From Mytilus edulis (Eukaryota): a DNA stretch of 64,000 nucleotides. The stretch lies in contig NC_092353.1 in NCBI RefSeq assembly GCF_963676685.1, forward strand, positions 42,098,001 to 42,162,000. The letters are read 5' to 3'. Shown here in pieces: positions 27,154 to 40,228 of this stretch (the first letter of the stretch is position 1; every line of letters begins with the position of its first letter). A program made the translations under genes and the position numbers. The notes below the pieces were generated by a model. That model was not told the DNA's origin. It was given only the letters and a program-made list of their open reading frames with translations, and made no database searches.

Positions 27154-28167
27154 TTAGTGAAGGCATCTTTGTGTTTTACGAGAACGTCTGCTAGTGTTTA
27201 TATAATCTGGAACTTCTGAACAAAATTCATCTACTTTATTTTCTCTTGATGATGTAAAAACGTTTTCAGATGTGTCATGTGTTTTTACGGGATCATGCAA
27301 TCTACAAATCTTGGGTATTTTCGTCATTTGAACATCTGTGACATCAACAAAGTCTGTCACTACATCCACAGTTTCCAGAGTTCCCATTAAAGTACCTTCT
27401 TTAATTTTCAATGGACTATTTTCCAAATTTATGAATCGCACTGGTATAGACGGTATTTGTGTAGAAACCAATCCTTTCCCAGCAAGAATTTTGCGATTGT
27501 CGTAAATTACTGGTTCAAACAAGTCAAAATTACTTTTAAATATCTCTGTATCTGGTACTGGCATTTGTATAATCATCTCCGATTGAGATTTTATGGAAAT
27601 GCTCTTATTAAGAACAATTCTTAATACTTTATTTTCTCTTCTCTTTACTTCACATGGATACCAAATGTCCTTAATTTGAATTCCACGTTTTGTATTTACC
27701 GTGATGTCCATTTCATCAATAATATCACAACCAAGAAGCAAATCGTCATTTAAAGGAGCTACGTATACTGGCCAAGTAAAACGCAGTGGTCCTAAACTCA
27801 TTTCTATCTCTGTAATACCAGTTGCTGACATCTTTTTCCCCTCTTCAGCTACTAACAATCAACGTGTTGCTGTCTTCAACTCAAGATGATGTTCTCTTGC
27901 AAGGTTCCTATAAACCTTTTCACTGAGCACAGTGACCTCAGCACCTGTGTCAATTACCGCTTTTAACTCATAATCATTTATTCTAACAGACGTTTGAATA
28001 ACTGCTGATTCAACTCTGATAATACCTACACTATTTTCACCATCGACACTATCATCAGAAGATTCGTTGTCTTCAAAGTGTTTCTCTGGTAAAATTCCGG
28101 AAGTTAAAGCAATAGTTTCCTTATTCATATCATCTCTATACTGATTCACAGCATCAACCCTGGACAA
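27154..28167 (-). pseudogene. pol: Gypsy aspartic protease and protease-RT linker
   Basis: AVIDTGAEVT catalytic motif; DLLLGCDII. Stop at 27859. Confidence 0.9.
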
Positions 28168-28412
28168 AACTGGTTTTTCAATATGTGTATTCTTGCTACA
28201 TTGGTCTGATTTCTAACTGATAATTTTAACATCACTGCTTGAAGGGCCTAAACCTTCAGTAGTTACATGTTTATCAGAAGAGTTTTTCTCTGAGGTTGCA
28301 AATTTTCTGTTTAAACATTCAATTTCCTTCTGTGGAATAGATTGTTGTCTTTTCTCAATAATTACTTCATTACTCTTTGGGGCTATGGATTGGCCTACAG
28401 GCACAGCCCTTT

Positions 28413-29000
28413 CTAGTTTAAAGGATCAAAAGGTGTTTTGACAGGTGCATATGCATCTCTTTGTTGGTTTTCTCCATAATGGCTATTTGTTTTTGGTTCC
28501 CATTTATCTTGTTTTGATGGACAATTATGTCTGTAATGACCAATGCCATTGCAATTATAACACCTATTGTTATTACTCTCCGTTTTCTTTGCGTAATTGG
28601 ACTGCTGGTAATTATTACTGTAGGTACTTGGCAAACTAGGCATTTTTTTATTCAAATTAGCCATTCCCTCAATAATAGAATCTTTGAGTTCTCTGCCAAA
28701 CTGGTTAAGTCTTTCTTCAGTTACGTATTGTTTTTGGTGTAACCTTCTGATATCGTTTTCTTCACACTGGCTATCGAAATGTACTTCTCGTATTGATGTT
28801 TTACGGTTTTTACCACTCCTAGATCTACAGCTCTCATGCCACATGACCATATTCAAAGCTTCATCAATAGATTTTGGCTGCTTGCTTACAACATCATACG
28901 TCATATTTTCATCATTAAGACCATAAAGGAAATGTTCAACAGTCAATTCTTCGAATAGCTGAGTCCCTTTAATTTCTGGGTAAGCTTTACAACCAGTTAC
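28413..29000 (-). pseudogene. gag: Gag C-terminal half with CCHC zinc knuckle (N-terminus and leader deleted)
   Basis: CYNCNGIGHYRHNC. The gag-like segment KAYP...EHFLYGL starts only ~15 bp after the 5' LTR. Confidence 0.85.
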
Positions 29001-29007
29001 GACCAGT

Positions 29008-29556
29008 TGTTGTGAACTTACGTATTTATAGAACAAACGGGTCCGAGCGGGTAAAATCATACATGGGCTTCACAACAAGTATATTTGTCTAATTAAACAA
29101 TTACCACAACTTTATACAGCAGTTACGTTTATATGCAAACAACATGTAGAAATACAATACTTTATTATAATACACAATAAATATACAACACAGTTAATTC
29201 ACACAGGAATACGTGAATGAATAATAACAAATGAACAACCAACGTTATGTGTTTGAATTGCCGATCGCGCTATATTTAACAGGGGAAACTACGATCTATA
29301 AATAGGGCAAAGTATATATTTAGAACCTGATGCGGAGATCAGTAAAATAATACAGTGTGTAAAATGTATGCTGTTTACCTTTTATAAAATATATATCAAG
29401 TCAAATATCAATCTTCTTATTCTTCGAGGTGTATATCAACTTCAATCTGCAAAACCATATATACAATTGCTGGGCGGAAGTTGACGTCAACAATGGGAAA
29501 GTAAAAGTACGGGAATAAATATAATGTTACGTCGTGTAAATTGTACTTTCACAACA
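29008..29556 (-). repeat. 5' LTR (549 bp)
   Basis: TG...CA with 9-bp terminal inverted repeats; followed on the minus strand by AC-TGG (PBS start). Confidence 0.92.
29457..29491 (-). promoter_or_regulatory. Putative LTR promoter: CRE palindrome, GC box, TATA-like box
   Basis: GTTGACGTCAAC (29480-29491, contains TGACGTCA), GGGCGG (29472-29477) and TATATAT (29457-29463), in promoter order on the minus strand. Confidence 0.5.
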
Positions 29557-31229
29557 ACCACCTTAACCTATTTTATTAAGGCCTTGTATTTGTTGTCTTT
29601 TGCCGGCTTATGATTGGTGGGGTAACATCACGAAGTCACTGTTCATTGAAGCAGATTGCTATATAGTCTCAAAGTATAATTTCGGAGTTTTTTTGTTGGG
29701 ATTGGTGAGACTGAAATAAACGACTCGTAAAAACTTTCAATGTCAAATTTCAATTACAAAACAAAACATTGTAACATTTCCATTGATTTCTTATTTATGT
29801 AATGTCCTTTCATCATGAGCAAAGATCAGGTTAAAATTGAGTTCAATGCCCTTAATGCTGGTTTGTCGAATTATGTGATCGTTATGTGGACTTTGTTTTC
29901 TTTTTTCATCTTATTTGTTATTTTTATAATATTGTTTCATGTCTTTTATCGACTAATTGTTTGTGCAGATTGTTTTTAAACGGTCTTCAAACAATTTAAA
30001 GTTAACCTGTTTGTACTTGATACTGTATTGCACGTGTCAAAACCAATTAGAAAATGTTTCCTCAAGAAAAAACAATAATATTGGTGAAAAATTATCGTCA
30101 TGAATTCTTTATCTGACGATCTGAAATGCAGGTTTCCAAGACCCCACAGTAAATTACAATTTACAATTTTCAGATGAAGTAGCGTTTTTTTTTTTTTTGT
30201 TTTTTTTTTTGTTGTTGCTGTCTATTGTTTGGTTTCTCCCTCTTTTAATTTCCATTTTAATGGTTAATTCATTACTTTATAAAATGCCTTTAACAAGAAT
30301 AAAACAACATTCCCCACGCTATAAATATTTAAAGAAAATATTAACGTCATACAATGAACATATTCAGTTCTAAATACTAGTAGATTATTTTCATAGTGAA
30401 ACCCTTAGTTACGATATGCCAACGAGTAACTTGACGATATTCCAACAAGTAGTTGGACGATGTGTAGAATGAAATTAAAAACATACACTTGCTACATTAT
30501 ATTGCAATCTTATTGAGTATGTTGTTAGCATGTGTTTTGTAGATTATTGTATAAATTGCGCCGTGTTCCGATTATTAGTATGTGTCAGTTAATTTAACCC
30601 GTTATTTCCCTTTTATTCAAATGTACACACGCTAATAGTCCTAACTTTCAAAGATGATAGCCATCTCATTTTTACTTCGGTGATGCAATTTTAGTTTGAA
30701 AAATGATTTAAACACAGACCTGTAAGGGACATTAATGAGATAAAAAAAAAAAGATGAATGTGTGCACATACATGTAAACATTATCAATCATTATTTTCAT
30801 CGTCCACTGTAGTTAAAGACAAATAATGAGAAAATATTTGACAGCTATGATTTTTCAACTGCATTTCATATTATTTATTATATAGCTATAACTTCCAAAT
30901 GCATCATATCAATGATGCACGCGTACGTGTTGCCAAACAAATATATTTCCAAGGAAAATTCATGATGCAGAAATTTATAGAGAATACTTACCTGCTGGAA
31001 AATAAATGTTAAAAAAGACGTAAAAACAATCTCTTTACAATCTGCAATATTATATAATATCAATTATCCACTCATTTTGCTATGATTGTATCTGATATTG
31101 TTCATATGCAGATTACTTTAAAACGACACAATTTATGTTTGATTTATTAAAGTAAGTTTTACTTTTGTTTTAAATTGTATAAATATGTAACTCACGTAGT
31201 CATTATATCTATTTCAGAACATTATAGAG

Positions 31230-33137
31230 ATGGCACAAATGTTGGCAGTTCCAGGCCCTAATAGACATGGGTTTTCTTTTAATTGTTCTTTCAACCATGA
31301 TTTCGGACGAATTACTAGCATAGCAGCTTTAACAAAGGGGAACATTTTAGTATGTGACTACGACAAAAAGCGTCTTATATTATTCAATCCAGTTGGAAAT
31401 TATCTCCAAAAGCTTGATGTAGACAGTGAACCATATGATGTGGCTATTACTCACCAAAATATCGGATATGTTACCCAACCTAACATCAAATCTGCATTAA
31501 AAATAGATTCGGAAAGAATGGTTATATTATTGAAAGTAACCTGCTGCAATATAAATACAAACATCTTGAGTGTGTCCGCAGCTGTTAACACTAATCAGAA
31601 TTATACGTGTTATCTTTCCATGAATACAAACGGAATTACCACTATACATGGCATCCGTTCAAATATGCTGTAANNNNNNNNNNNNNNNNNNNNNNNNNNN
31701 NNNNNNNNNNNNNNNNNNNNNNNNNNNNNNNNNNNNNNNNNNNNNNNNNNNNNNNNNNNNNNNNNNNNNNNNNNNNNNNNNNNNNNNNNNNNNNNNNNNN
31801 NNNNNNNNNNNNNNNNNNNNNNNNNNNNNNNNNNNNNNNNNNNNNNNNNNNGAAAACATTATTGACATTTATTCTTATGTTTCTTTATTATACCAACTTG
31901 TAAGCGTATTGATAACATAAAATTAGAAAATATTGTTTTACGAGTCTGTAAAGTTCACAAGGACGAACAGCGACCTCGAGCGAATATAACAAAACCAATG
32001 CATTTATTATTCTCTACACATTTTAATGCATAACTAGAACTTTGTACTTGTTTTGGCTTTATAACCATTTTGATATTAGCGTCACTGATGAGTCTTATGT
32101 AGACGAAACGCGTGTCTGGCGTACTAAATTATAATCCTGGTACCTTTGATAACTATCTACACCACTGGGTCGATGCCACTGCTGGTTGACGTTTCGTCGC
32201 CGAGGGTATAACCAGCCATTAGTCAACACTTCGAGGTTGACATGAATATCAATAATGTGTTCCTATTAATAAAATTCCTGTTTATAAAACTTTGAATTTT
32301 CTGAACAACTAAGGAGTTTCTTATCCCAGTATCATATCAAGTTACTAGATACCTTTTCGTCAATTAAGTATGGTCAATAAGCGCGGTTTTTTTTACTTGA
32401 CTTTACTACTCAATATTAATCTGTTAATAAATTAGTGATTTCTCACGTCCTGAATATTTCATGAACTCGAAAATATGATTGATTTGTTATATAGTGGGGA
32501 AAAGTGTGGGTTTTCATTTTAGTTATATGGTGCATATTCACTTGTATCAATTAAGTATGATATATATAGGACCTTTCTACGCTGTAGTGAATAGATCGGG
32601 TAACTTATCATTATCTTAATGTAAAACAAATAAATTCAATATTATTTTTTTTTATTTAGAAGGATTGAGTGAAATATTTCATGCTCTATTTAAGTTCTCA
32701 TTGGATTTCTCTTCACTTATTACAGAAACCTCGAACCAACTAATAATGATATAGTATCAACGTATACCGAAGAAGTTGGTGTTGTAAAGTTCCATACAAC
32801 AAATGATTATCTATTTTCCTGCAGAGCCGGCCAAAACAACATCTTTGTTGGTTTCTTGTGGCCAAATTATAAGGAAATGTGTAGCATTGCCACCTTTGAT
32901 ATACCTACCGACATTTGTTCGGATGACTATGGCCACATATACGTCAGTGGACAGGGTTCAAACAACATTCACAGATTGCAAAAGACAATCAGTCCTCCAT
33001 TCACTGTCTTAGACATACCACTTCATTCTCAGCATGGAATAAAAGAACCAGTCGCCATGTGCTTCAACAGAACTTATACTAAATTATATATTGTCAATGA
33101 ATGGGGGAAATCAGTATTGGTCTTTGATGTTTGTTAA
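31230..33137 (+). CDS. NHL/six-bladed beta-propeller protein copy 2, intact (exons 31230-31669 and 32726-33137; 283 aa)
   Basis: Phase-2 donor CT|GTAA at 31670 and acceptor TACAG at 32725 give a stop-free frame. NHL-like blades RITSIAALTKGNILVCD, EPYDVAIT, PTDICSDDYGHIYVSG, PVAMCFN...LYIVNE. The intron contains an assembly gap. Confidence 0.85.
31674..31851. other. Assembly gap (N run)
   Basis: Run of N. Confidence 1.
32079..32122 (+). ncRNA. Minimal type I hammerhead ribozyme (family A retrozyme copy ~32036-32330)
   Basis: GCGTCA-CTGATGA-GTCT(TATGT)AGAC-GAAA-C(GCGT)GTC^-TGGCGT: complete core, stems I and II, short stem III, GUC cleavage triplet. Confidence 0.85.
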
Positions 33138-33294
33138 ATGACTGACTGTAGTACAAATGGTATGTTCTATGTTTTGCTATAATTGTTTTTATTTATTACA
33201 CCTTAATTATAATGATTTGTGCCCAAAAGAAATGTAGCTCAATAACACTGATTTTTTTTTAATGTACAATAATTCTGGTATCAATGAAGATTTT

Positions 33295-33660
33295 TTTACA
33301 ACCACTGGATCGATGCCACTGCTGGTGGAGTTTAAAGTCCCCAGGGGTATCAGCAGCCAAGTAGTCAGCACTTCTTCTGTGCTGACATGAATTATTACTG
33401 ATATGGTTATATTTACAAATTAACTGTTTACAAAACTTTGGATTTTTTTATATACTAAGGCATTTCTACATCAGGAATAGATTGCCTTAGCTGTATTTGG
33501 CAACACTTTTAGGAATTTTTGGTCCTCCAAGCTCTTCAACTTCGTACTTTATTTGGCCTTTTTACTTTGTTTGGATTCGAGTGTCACTTATAAGTCTTAT
33601 ATAGACAAAACACGTGTCTGGTTTAAATGAAAAATTTAATTCTAGTTTCAATGATGAGTT
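33295..33660 (+). mobile_element. Family A-related retrozyme monomer with decayed hammerhead
   Basis: Contains the shared CACTGG...GCTGGTGG...GTCAGCAC/GTGCTGAC motif and a mutated core (CTTATAA/AAAA) at ~33580-33622. Confidence 0.65.
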
Positions 33661-33796
33661 TTTTTGTCATTATTTTGTAAGTGTGAATCAAAATTCACAT
33701 GCATTTTGCTTCTCCTAAATGGTAAAATGATTCAACTCTCACTTATCGCTTTCTCGATTCGCAACATCTTGATATTGGGGTACATGTGATTAGTAA

Positions 33797-34025
33797 GGGA
33801 CGACATCAAAAGATTAATGTAAGATAAAAAAAAAACTTAATTCAAATAGTTTGGGGTTGGGGAGGGGGGTTGACCTGCTGCAAGATTTGGTTATCCGACA
33901 TTGATTTTTTACATATATCCATATGGGTCAATCAATTTTTCCCAAATTAAGTTAAGAGGGGGGGTCAGTGACAAAACTATTTGAATTAAGTTTTTTATCC
34001 TTCATTGAACTTTTTATGTCGTCCC
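33797..34025. mobile_element. PIF/Harbinger (Tourist-like) MITE
   Basis: TIR GGGACGACATCAAAAG.../...TTTTTATGTCGTCCC with TAA on both sides. Confidence 0.8.
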
Positions 34026-34136
34026 TAAGACTATATTGTTGACAAAAGATGATAACAATAAACAATTCTTCATTTGTAACACTTGGTTTGCTAGTGAATA
34101 GACTCATCATAGATACCAGGACTAAATTTTGTCTAT

Positions 34137-34180
34137 ACGCCAGACGCGCGTTTCGTCTACAAAAGACTCATCAGTGACGC
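34137..34180 (-). ncRNA. Minimal type I hammerhead ribozyme (family A copy ~34100-34292)
   Basis: Minus strand GCGTCA-CTGATGA-GTCT(TTTGT)AGAC-GAAA-CGCGCGTC^-TGGCGT. Confidence 0.88.
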
Positions 34181-34544
34181 TCGAATCCAAAAAAGTTTTT
34201 AAAAAAAGCCAAATAAGTACCAAGTTGAAGAGCATTGAGATCCAACATTCCTAAAAGTGTTGCCAAATACAGCTAAGGTAATCTATGCCTGAGATCAGTC
34301 GTAATTTAACGTTAACGCAAGACAAATGTAGAGTTTGTATATGGTTGTGTTTTTTCACTGTCATATGAATTAAATATTTAATACATATGATACTTCAAGT
34401 ATAAAACTATATTTGAAGTCTTACTCTTGACCATATGCATATGCAAGAAAGTTTTTTTTATTATCAAGGACCTCAGAAATGTACTGCCATCAGTTTATTT
34501 TTCTTTTATTTATAATGGATTGGGAGACAAGTTATTGAAACTTA

Positions 34545-34790
34545 TATTAATCACTTTCCACTTTGCGGGTGCGAGAGTGAGTGCTGCCTTGTAGCGGCAT
34601 TAACCTGTTTTTTTTTCAAAATCTACAAGGGTGACTCTTACGTGCAAGAGATATGGCTCTCTCACGGGTCAGCAATTTATCGTCCCCTTCCGACGGACTA
34701 TCAGCGTTTCCTCAAACCCATAATCGAAAATGGTGTCAAGGGAGAGCCGAAAATTCAACCCCTGAAATTGTCATCCCGGAACAAATATAT
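34545..34790 (-). mobile_element. SINE with Nin/Deu-like central domain
   Basis: Minus strand GTCCGTCGGAAGGGGACGATAAATTGCTGACCCGT...CACGTAAGA resembles the Deu/Nin-domain core. Boundaries approximate. Confidence 0.5.
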
Positions 34791-36402
34791 ATTTGGATAA
34801 ACATCACTCTATCATATCACTTAGTTATCACGTGCTGTATGATTCTGTATTGATTGCATGTTACAGTTAAAATATATAAACTTTAGCAACAAAACATGAT
34901 AGTTCGATAGCAGTCAGCACTTTAAATCATTATTGATCTTAGATGTAATGCCAAATGTTTGATTAAAAAAACATTTACATGCAACGTCATTAGTTTACGG
35001 GAAACAAACACTAAAGAGAAATAGCAGATAATGTTAACGTTAAAATGTGTGTGGGTGTGCGTACAGTTTACTATATTCTTAGTATACGTATGTTTTCAAT
35101 AACGGGTTGGTCTTTTTAATATTTATAAATAAGAAGATGTGGTATGAGTGCCTAGAAACATATCTCCATCCAAGTCACAATGTATAACAAGTAAACAATT
35201 ATAGGTCAAAATTTGGCCTTAAACACAGATCCTTGAATAACCCCAAACAGCAAACTATAGAAGGGTCCTTTAATGATAAGGGTATCAATATTGAAACAAG
35301 AAAACAAACGGTCTCATATTATATAAAAAACGACAAACAAGAGACAATTATGAGCAAGACCAAGAAACGACAACCACTGAACAACAGCCTCTTGATTTAA
35401 AACAGATGCATCAAAGTGCATCGGATTATCAAGTGCCAACCTTCAGCCTTACCTGATACATAAGTGTAATATATAAACACACATCAAAAGTATCAATTAA
35501 AATTGCTTTACACGATCAAAAATACGTATCATTAATATTTGATTATTCACTTCTCCCGACAAGCATACTTTCAGATTTATATAAACTGAATGACATATTT
35601 TTCCATTAGCATGGGATAATTAGGGTTATAATCATTCACAGTTGTATTTTAAATCTATCGTCGCCTAAATAGCAAAGAAATTTTTTAGGTCAGTACACTA
35701 TATTACCTATAACTTGGGATTTTAGTTTGTGTTAAAAGAATAAAAACAAAAATACCAAACAAATTTTTGATGAAAATGATGACAAAATGTAAAATGTATA
35801 TGTTAAGAAATACATAATACTAATAAAACAAAGTAAGAGATGCGAACGGGGTTTTATTGCGCCTAAAGCCATCCCGCTGTGACATATATACCGAAAAGGG
35901 TGAATATTTAGGACATTTCACGAACAGATCGTGCAGGTGCTTTAAAACTAACAGCTAAGATGTTGTTGCAGAAAAACTATTCATTTCAACACAATTATTA
36001 AAGTCGAATAACGTAGATTTTTTTTTTTATTCAGTTTCTTCATATTGAACTAAATTCCACTATGATGCTTTCTTTATGCGAGTCATGTTTACAGTCGAAT
36101 AATGATACTATACTTTAATTTTCACTGTAGGCCGATTCATTTGTATTGTATATGCGGTGCATTTTCACTATAGGATTTTTTTGATTTTTTTTTCTATTAC
36201 AGCTATTTTTTTAAGCATGTAGAGCAAGACTTTAGTTGGCTTTCTTGGGTTTTTTTTTATTGTACAATCATCATGATAACACCCAATTAAATTCAAATAT
36301 TATATATACAGGTTAAACTATGCCTAAATATATTGTTTAAAGATTGTTTCGATTCGCACTTTATATACACTGAGTAGTCACAGTAATGATTAACAAAGAC
36401 AA

Positions 36403-37667
36403 CACATTCTCATTAAGAAAAAATTCACACACCTAATTAAATGGGCATTCAAAAAATCAGAATGTGAATATATATGTTCAAACTCTTTTAGCTCATTTTT
36501 TAGTAGCAATAAACAAAAAAACTATGTTAATTGGACATGCTTTGATACTATATATGCCCTTGAATTTTTACTAGATAACATTTTTGTTCGCTTTGGGGAT
36601 TCCGTATATCGTCAGATTATCGGAATTCCAATGGGGACTAACTGTGCACCACTTATTGCGGACCTGTTTTTGTATTGTTATGAGTTACAATTTATGACAA
36701 AAATAAGCAAAGACCCATCGAAACAACATCTGATAAACAAATTTAATAATACTTTTAGATATTTGGATGATATTTTGGCATCAAAGACATCATTCGTAAA
36801 TATAGCTCAACATGCAGATTTCTAATACGTTCAGGTATTTCACATCCAATTTTTTATGGAAATATTCTTTATAAAGCACAAAGGTGTCAGTATTCACCTC
36901 AGAAACTTACAAAACCTTTGAATAGACTTATTAAGAAGGGATATAATTACGATACTGTTGTCAAGTCATTAAAGATTACATATGTTGGCGTTAATATTGA
37001 GTCACTGATAAGGTCTTTGCATCGGAACTAAACACATTTATTCTAAAAACAGTTGTTGGCATGACACGGGTTATGTTCTTCTCATATATGTTATGATGGT
37101 ATGATACTAAACCCCTAACGGGAAGGATTGTGCCTGATGTTCATATGATGAAATCATAATCTTTCAGTCAGTTTAATTGGAGTCTGGAGCTTACATGTCA
37201 GTTAACTCCTAGTAGTCTGTTGTTATTTATGTATTATTGTCATTTTGTTTATTTTCTTTGGTTACATCTTCTGACATCAGACTCGGACTTCTCTTGAACT
37301 GAATTTTAATGTACGTATTGTTATGCGTTTACTTTTCTACATTGGTTAGAGGTATAGGGGGAGAGTTGAGATCTCACAAACATGTTTAACTCCGCCGCAT
37401 TTTTGCGCCTGTCCCAAGTCAGGAGCCTCTGGCCTTTGTTAGTCTTGTATTATTTTAATTTTAGTTTCTTGTGTACAATTTGGAAATTAGTATGGCGTTC
37501 ATTATCACTGGACTAGTATATATTTGTTGAGGGGCCAGCTAAAGGACGCCTCCGGGTGCGGGAATTTCTCGCTACATTGAAGACCTGTTGGTGACCCTCT
37601 GCTGTTGTTTTTTATTTGGTCGGGTTGTTGTCTCTTTGACACATTCCCCATTTCCATTCTCAATTTT
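36403..37667 (+). mobile_element. Penelope-like retroelement remnant (RT core, internal deletion, C-terminus, 3' module)
   Basis: LEFLLDNIFVRFGDSVYRQIIGIPMGTNCAPLIADLFL...FRYLDDILA. Deletion junction at ~36780; the ORF ends ...LIRSLHRN* at ~37031 with no C-terminal GIY-YIG. Confidence 0.8.
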
Positions 37668-38987
37668 ACAAATTAAAAAACAAACTATAACACGTAATTA
37701 ATTAGTCTATACATATACAGTTGAAAAATGAAAATATTTGATCAAACTAATTTCAGAGGTAGATAAAATCATAAAGAAGTTCTTTACAGTTTTTATGTAT
37801 CCATATATTGTTAATATGTCCCTCGTGTTAAACTATAAAAATGCCTTATTAACAATATATTTCATTTTTCTCCAGAGAATTAAAAATGCAATCATAATTT
37901 CAAAAAATCTGTGAGATTTTCAAGATTAGGGTAAGAATCCAGCATCGTGTGTTTGAAAAAGGATTGTTTTCCCCTGGTATATATATGTACTGAGATTAAT
38001 CTACCTAACTTTTCCAACACAAAAATTTCCTGATAGTGGGCAATGGCTATTTTCATTTTCATTTTGCAAAATGTAATGCCACAGAAAAAAAATCAGTAAA
38101 ATGTTTTCACTTTTTTTGTATTTTGACTGCCTTAGAGATTTTCAATAAAAATTTAAAAAAGAGTACGGCGACACGTCAGGACAAATTTTTAGCTGACTAC
38201 ATGTACAACAGAACTGATCTTATTTCGACAGGGAGTAAATTTCCTTGCTGTAGTTAAATGTAACGGATGTAAAAACAAATGCAATCACGTCCTGTCAAAA
38301 TGGTGACTCCCCATGACTTGTGAGGTTACTCTATTCACGTTGAAACCCCCTTTCGCAATTGAGGTCTCCATTTGCGGCCTGTTGCAAATCTTAGTTTATC
38401 TAATAAACATTAGTTTTTCAATTAAATTGACCTACTAGTAATAGAGTTATCAGAAATTCCTTATTCAATCATTTTTTTAAGGTAGGCTGGGTGTCTTTTT
38501 CCATCTTGGATTGTAAAAACCAGAGAACCCAAGGTCCCTAAAGAATTTCTGATAACTCTATTACTAGTCTACAGTATATATTGAATCTTAACTAAACTCA
38601 TTTGTGTGGCTTCAGACGTAGTGTGAGAAAGCTTTCTGTAAAAGCTAACACCTACGTATATTGCATTATTTCTCCCGATGCTCACCTTAAGCTTGTAATG
38701 GTTTTTTTTGTAATTTGCAAAGGGTTTACGATGTGTTGCTTTTTTTAACTTTAAATTAACATAACGTTGAATATCTGCCATTGCGTTAAAACATGTTACT
38801 GTAAATTCCATGTGACCTACTGCTACAATGGTTACTTATCTTTTCCGAGAAACAGAAACTATACAATATTATGATATTAAAAAACGTAAATTGAAATTAT
38901 ATCAAACTGTAATGCGTGTTTGTCAGTCAACAGAACATATTAACGTAACGTAAAAGAGCGCAAAATCACAATAAAATTACTTATAAT

Positions 38988-40228
38988 CAGGGGCGGATCC
39001 TGGATTTTAGAAATGGGGGCTAGAAAACATAAAATAAGTGTAAAATGCACATTTTAAACGGTTCTTTATTTGAGCATGAATATTTTATAGTTGCTGTAAA
39101 GTGTAAGGGTTGGAGATTTTTGAAGCTGTATTCTCCCTATTAATTGTCTATCATAAAATGATAGTATGGACCCAAAGCTATGTACTGCTACATTACATGT
39201 TGGACTTGTCAGTAAAAAATAGAAATTGAAAATTCTAGTTTGTTGTATGTAAAGTTAGAATAACCTCACAGATTTCTTTTAGTAAACCAGATACACGCTG
39301 GGCTATTCAATAAAATTTACAATACGACCGACACGATTTAAGAAAGACACACAAGTAGACTTTTTATCCAAATGTTTGGTTGATATGTGTCACACAACAA
39401 ATTTAAGGGAAGTGAGGGGTTCAAATTTAACCAAAAGCTACGAATGAGTCTAAAATGACAAAGAGTTTATGAATGATGGTCGACAAATAGAGACATAAAG
39501 GCTACACCCAGCAGCCGGTTGCAGTTTGGTCTTGAAAAAGGTATTAAATATAACAGTTCGCAACTTCGGCGAAGCAGACATTCCAGTCACACATGCAAAC
39601 CCCAGCCCCCCAAAAACATACGCCCGTTTTCTTATTTATCATTTTTAATGCTAAATAAATCTGTTGGAAATTCTCGATTCTAATAGCAAAAAGGTGGACA
39701 AGATTATTGTTTTCAATCCAGATACGGCCAGAATTTTTGTTTTTAAAAGGCAAAAACCAGAGTCAGATTTTTTCTTTCAAATATATATCTCGCACTGCCT
39801 TCTCAAACAAATGGTTCGTTCCTTAGACTTTTAATCTATCTAGAGATTATACTGACTGGGGATCATCATTCAGCTATGTTATTTCTAGTTAAAATAGGCT
39901 GGGATGTTTGAGGTAACACATGTTTTCGTAGGTGAACAATATAGCTGTGGAACTTTTTATCATGAACATGTAATAGAGTATAACTTTCTGTCTCGTGGAA
40001 TGTTGAAATAGAAGTCAATACGTTCTTGCTCAATCCTGTTTCGCTTTGAAGATGTCATGATTGTCATCCTCAGTATATCCATGTGTTACTGTAATTTGAA
40101 TTTCAAAATGACTGAGCGACGTTTTTACGGCAAAACTGGTCAACTCCACCATAGCGAATCACATGAGTTTGACATAATCAGTAAATAACAGCGTACGCCC
40201 TCTACGCCCCCCTCTGGATCCGCCACTG
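38988..40228. mobile_element. hAT-like non-autonomous element
   Basis: CAGGGGCGGATCC...GGATCCGCCACTG termini. ATAAT on both sides; no full 8-bp TSD visible. Confidence 0.55.

Larger units (their letters stand above)
23033..29556 (-). mobile_element. Ty3/Gypsy LTR retrotransposon, decayed
   Basis: Two LTRs bounded by TGTTGTGAA...TTCACAACA. Domain order gag(CCHC)-PR-RT-RH-INT. PPT next to the left LTR. Several stops and frameshifts. Confidence 0.97.
22444..29562. mobile_element. Kolobok-like MITE (22444-23032 + 29557-29562) split by the Gypsy insertion
   Basis: Left TIR GCTGATATGGGTGTCTT; the rejoined right TIR reads GGTGGTATAGGAGTCTT in reverse complement, followed by TTAA at 29563-29566. 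A related truncated copy is at 38481-38537. Confidence 0.6.
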
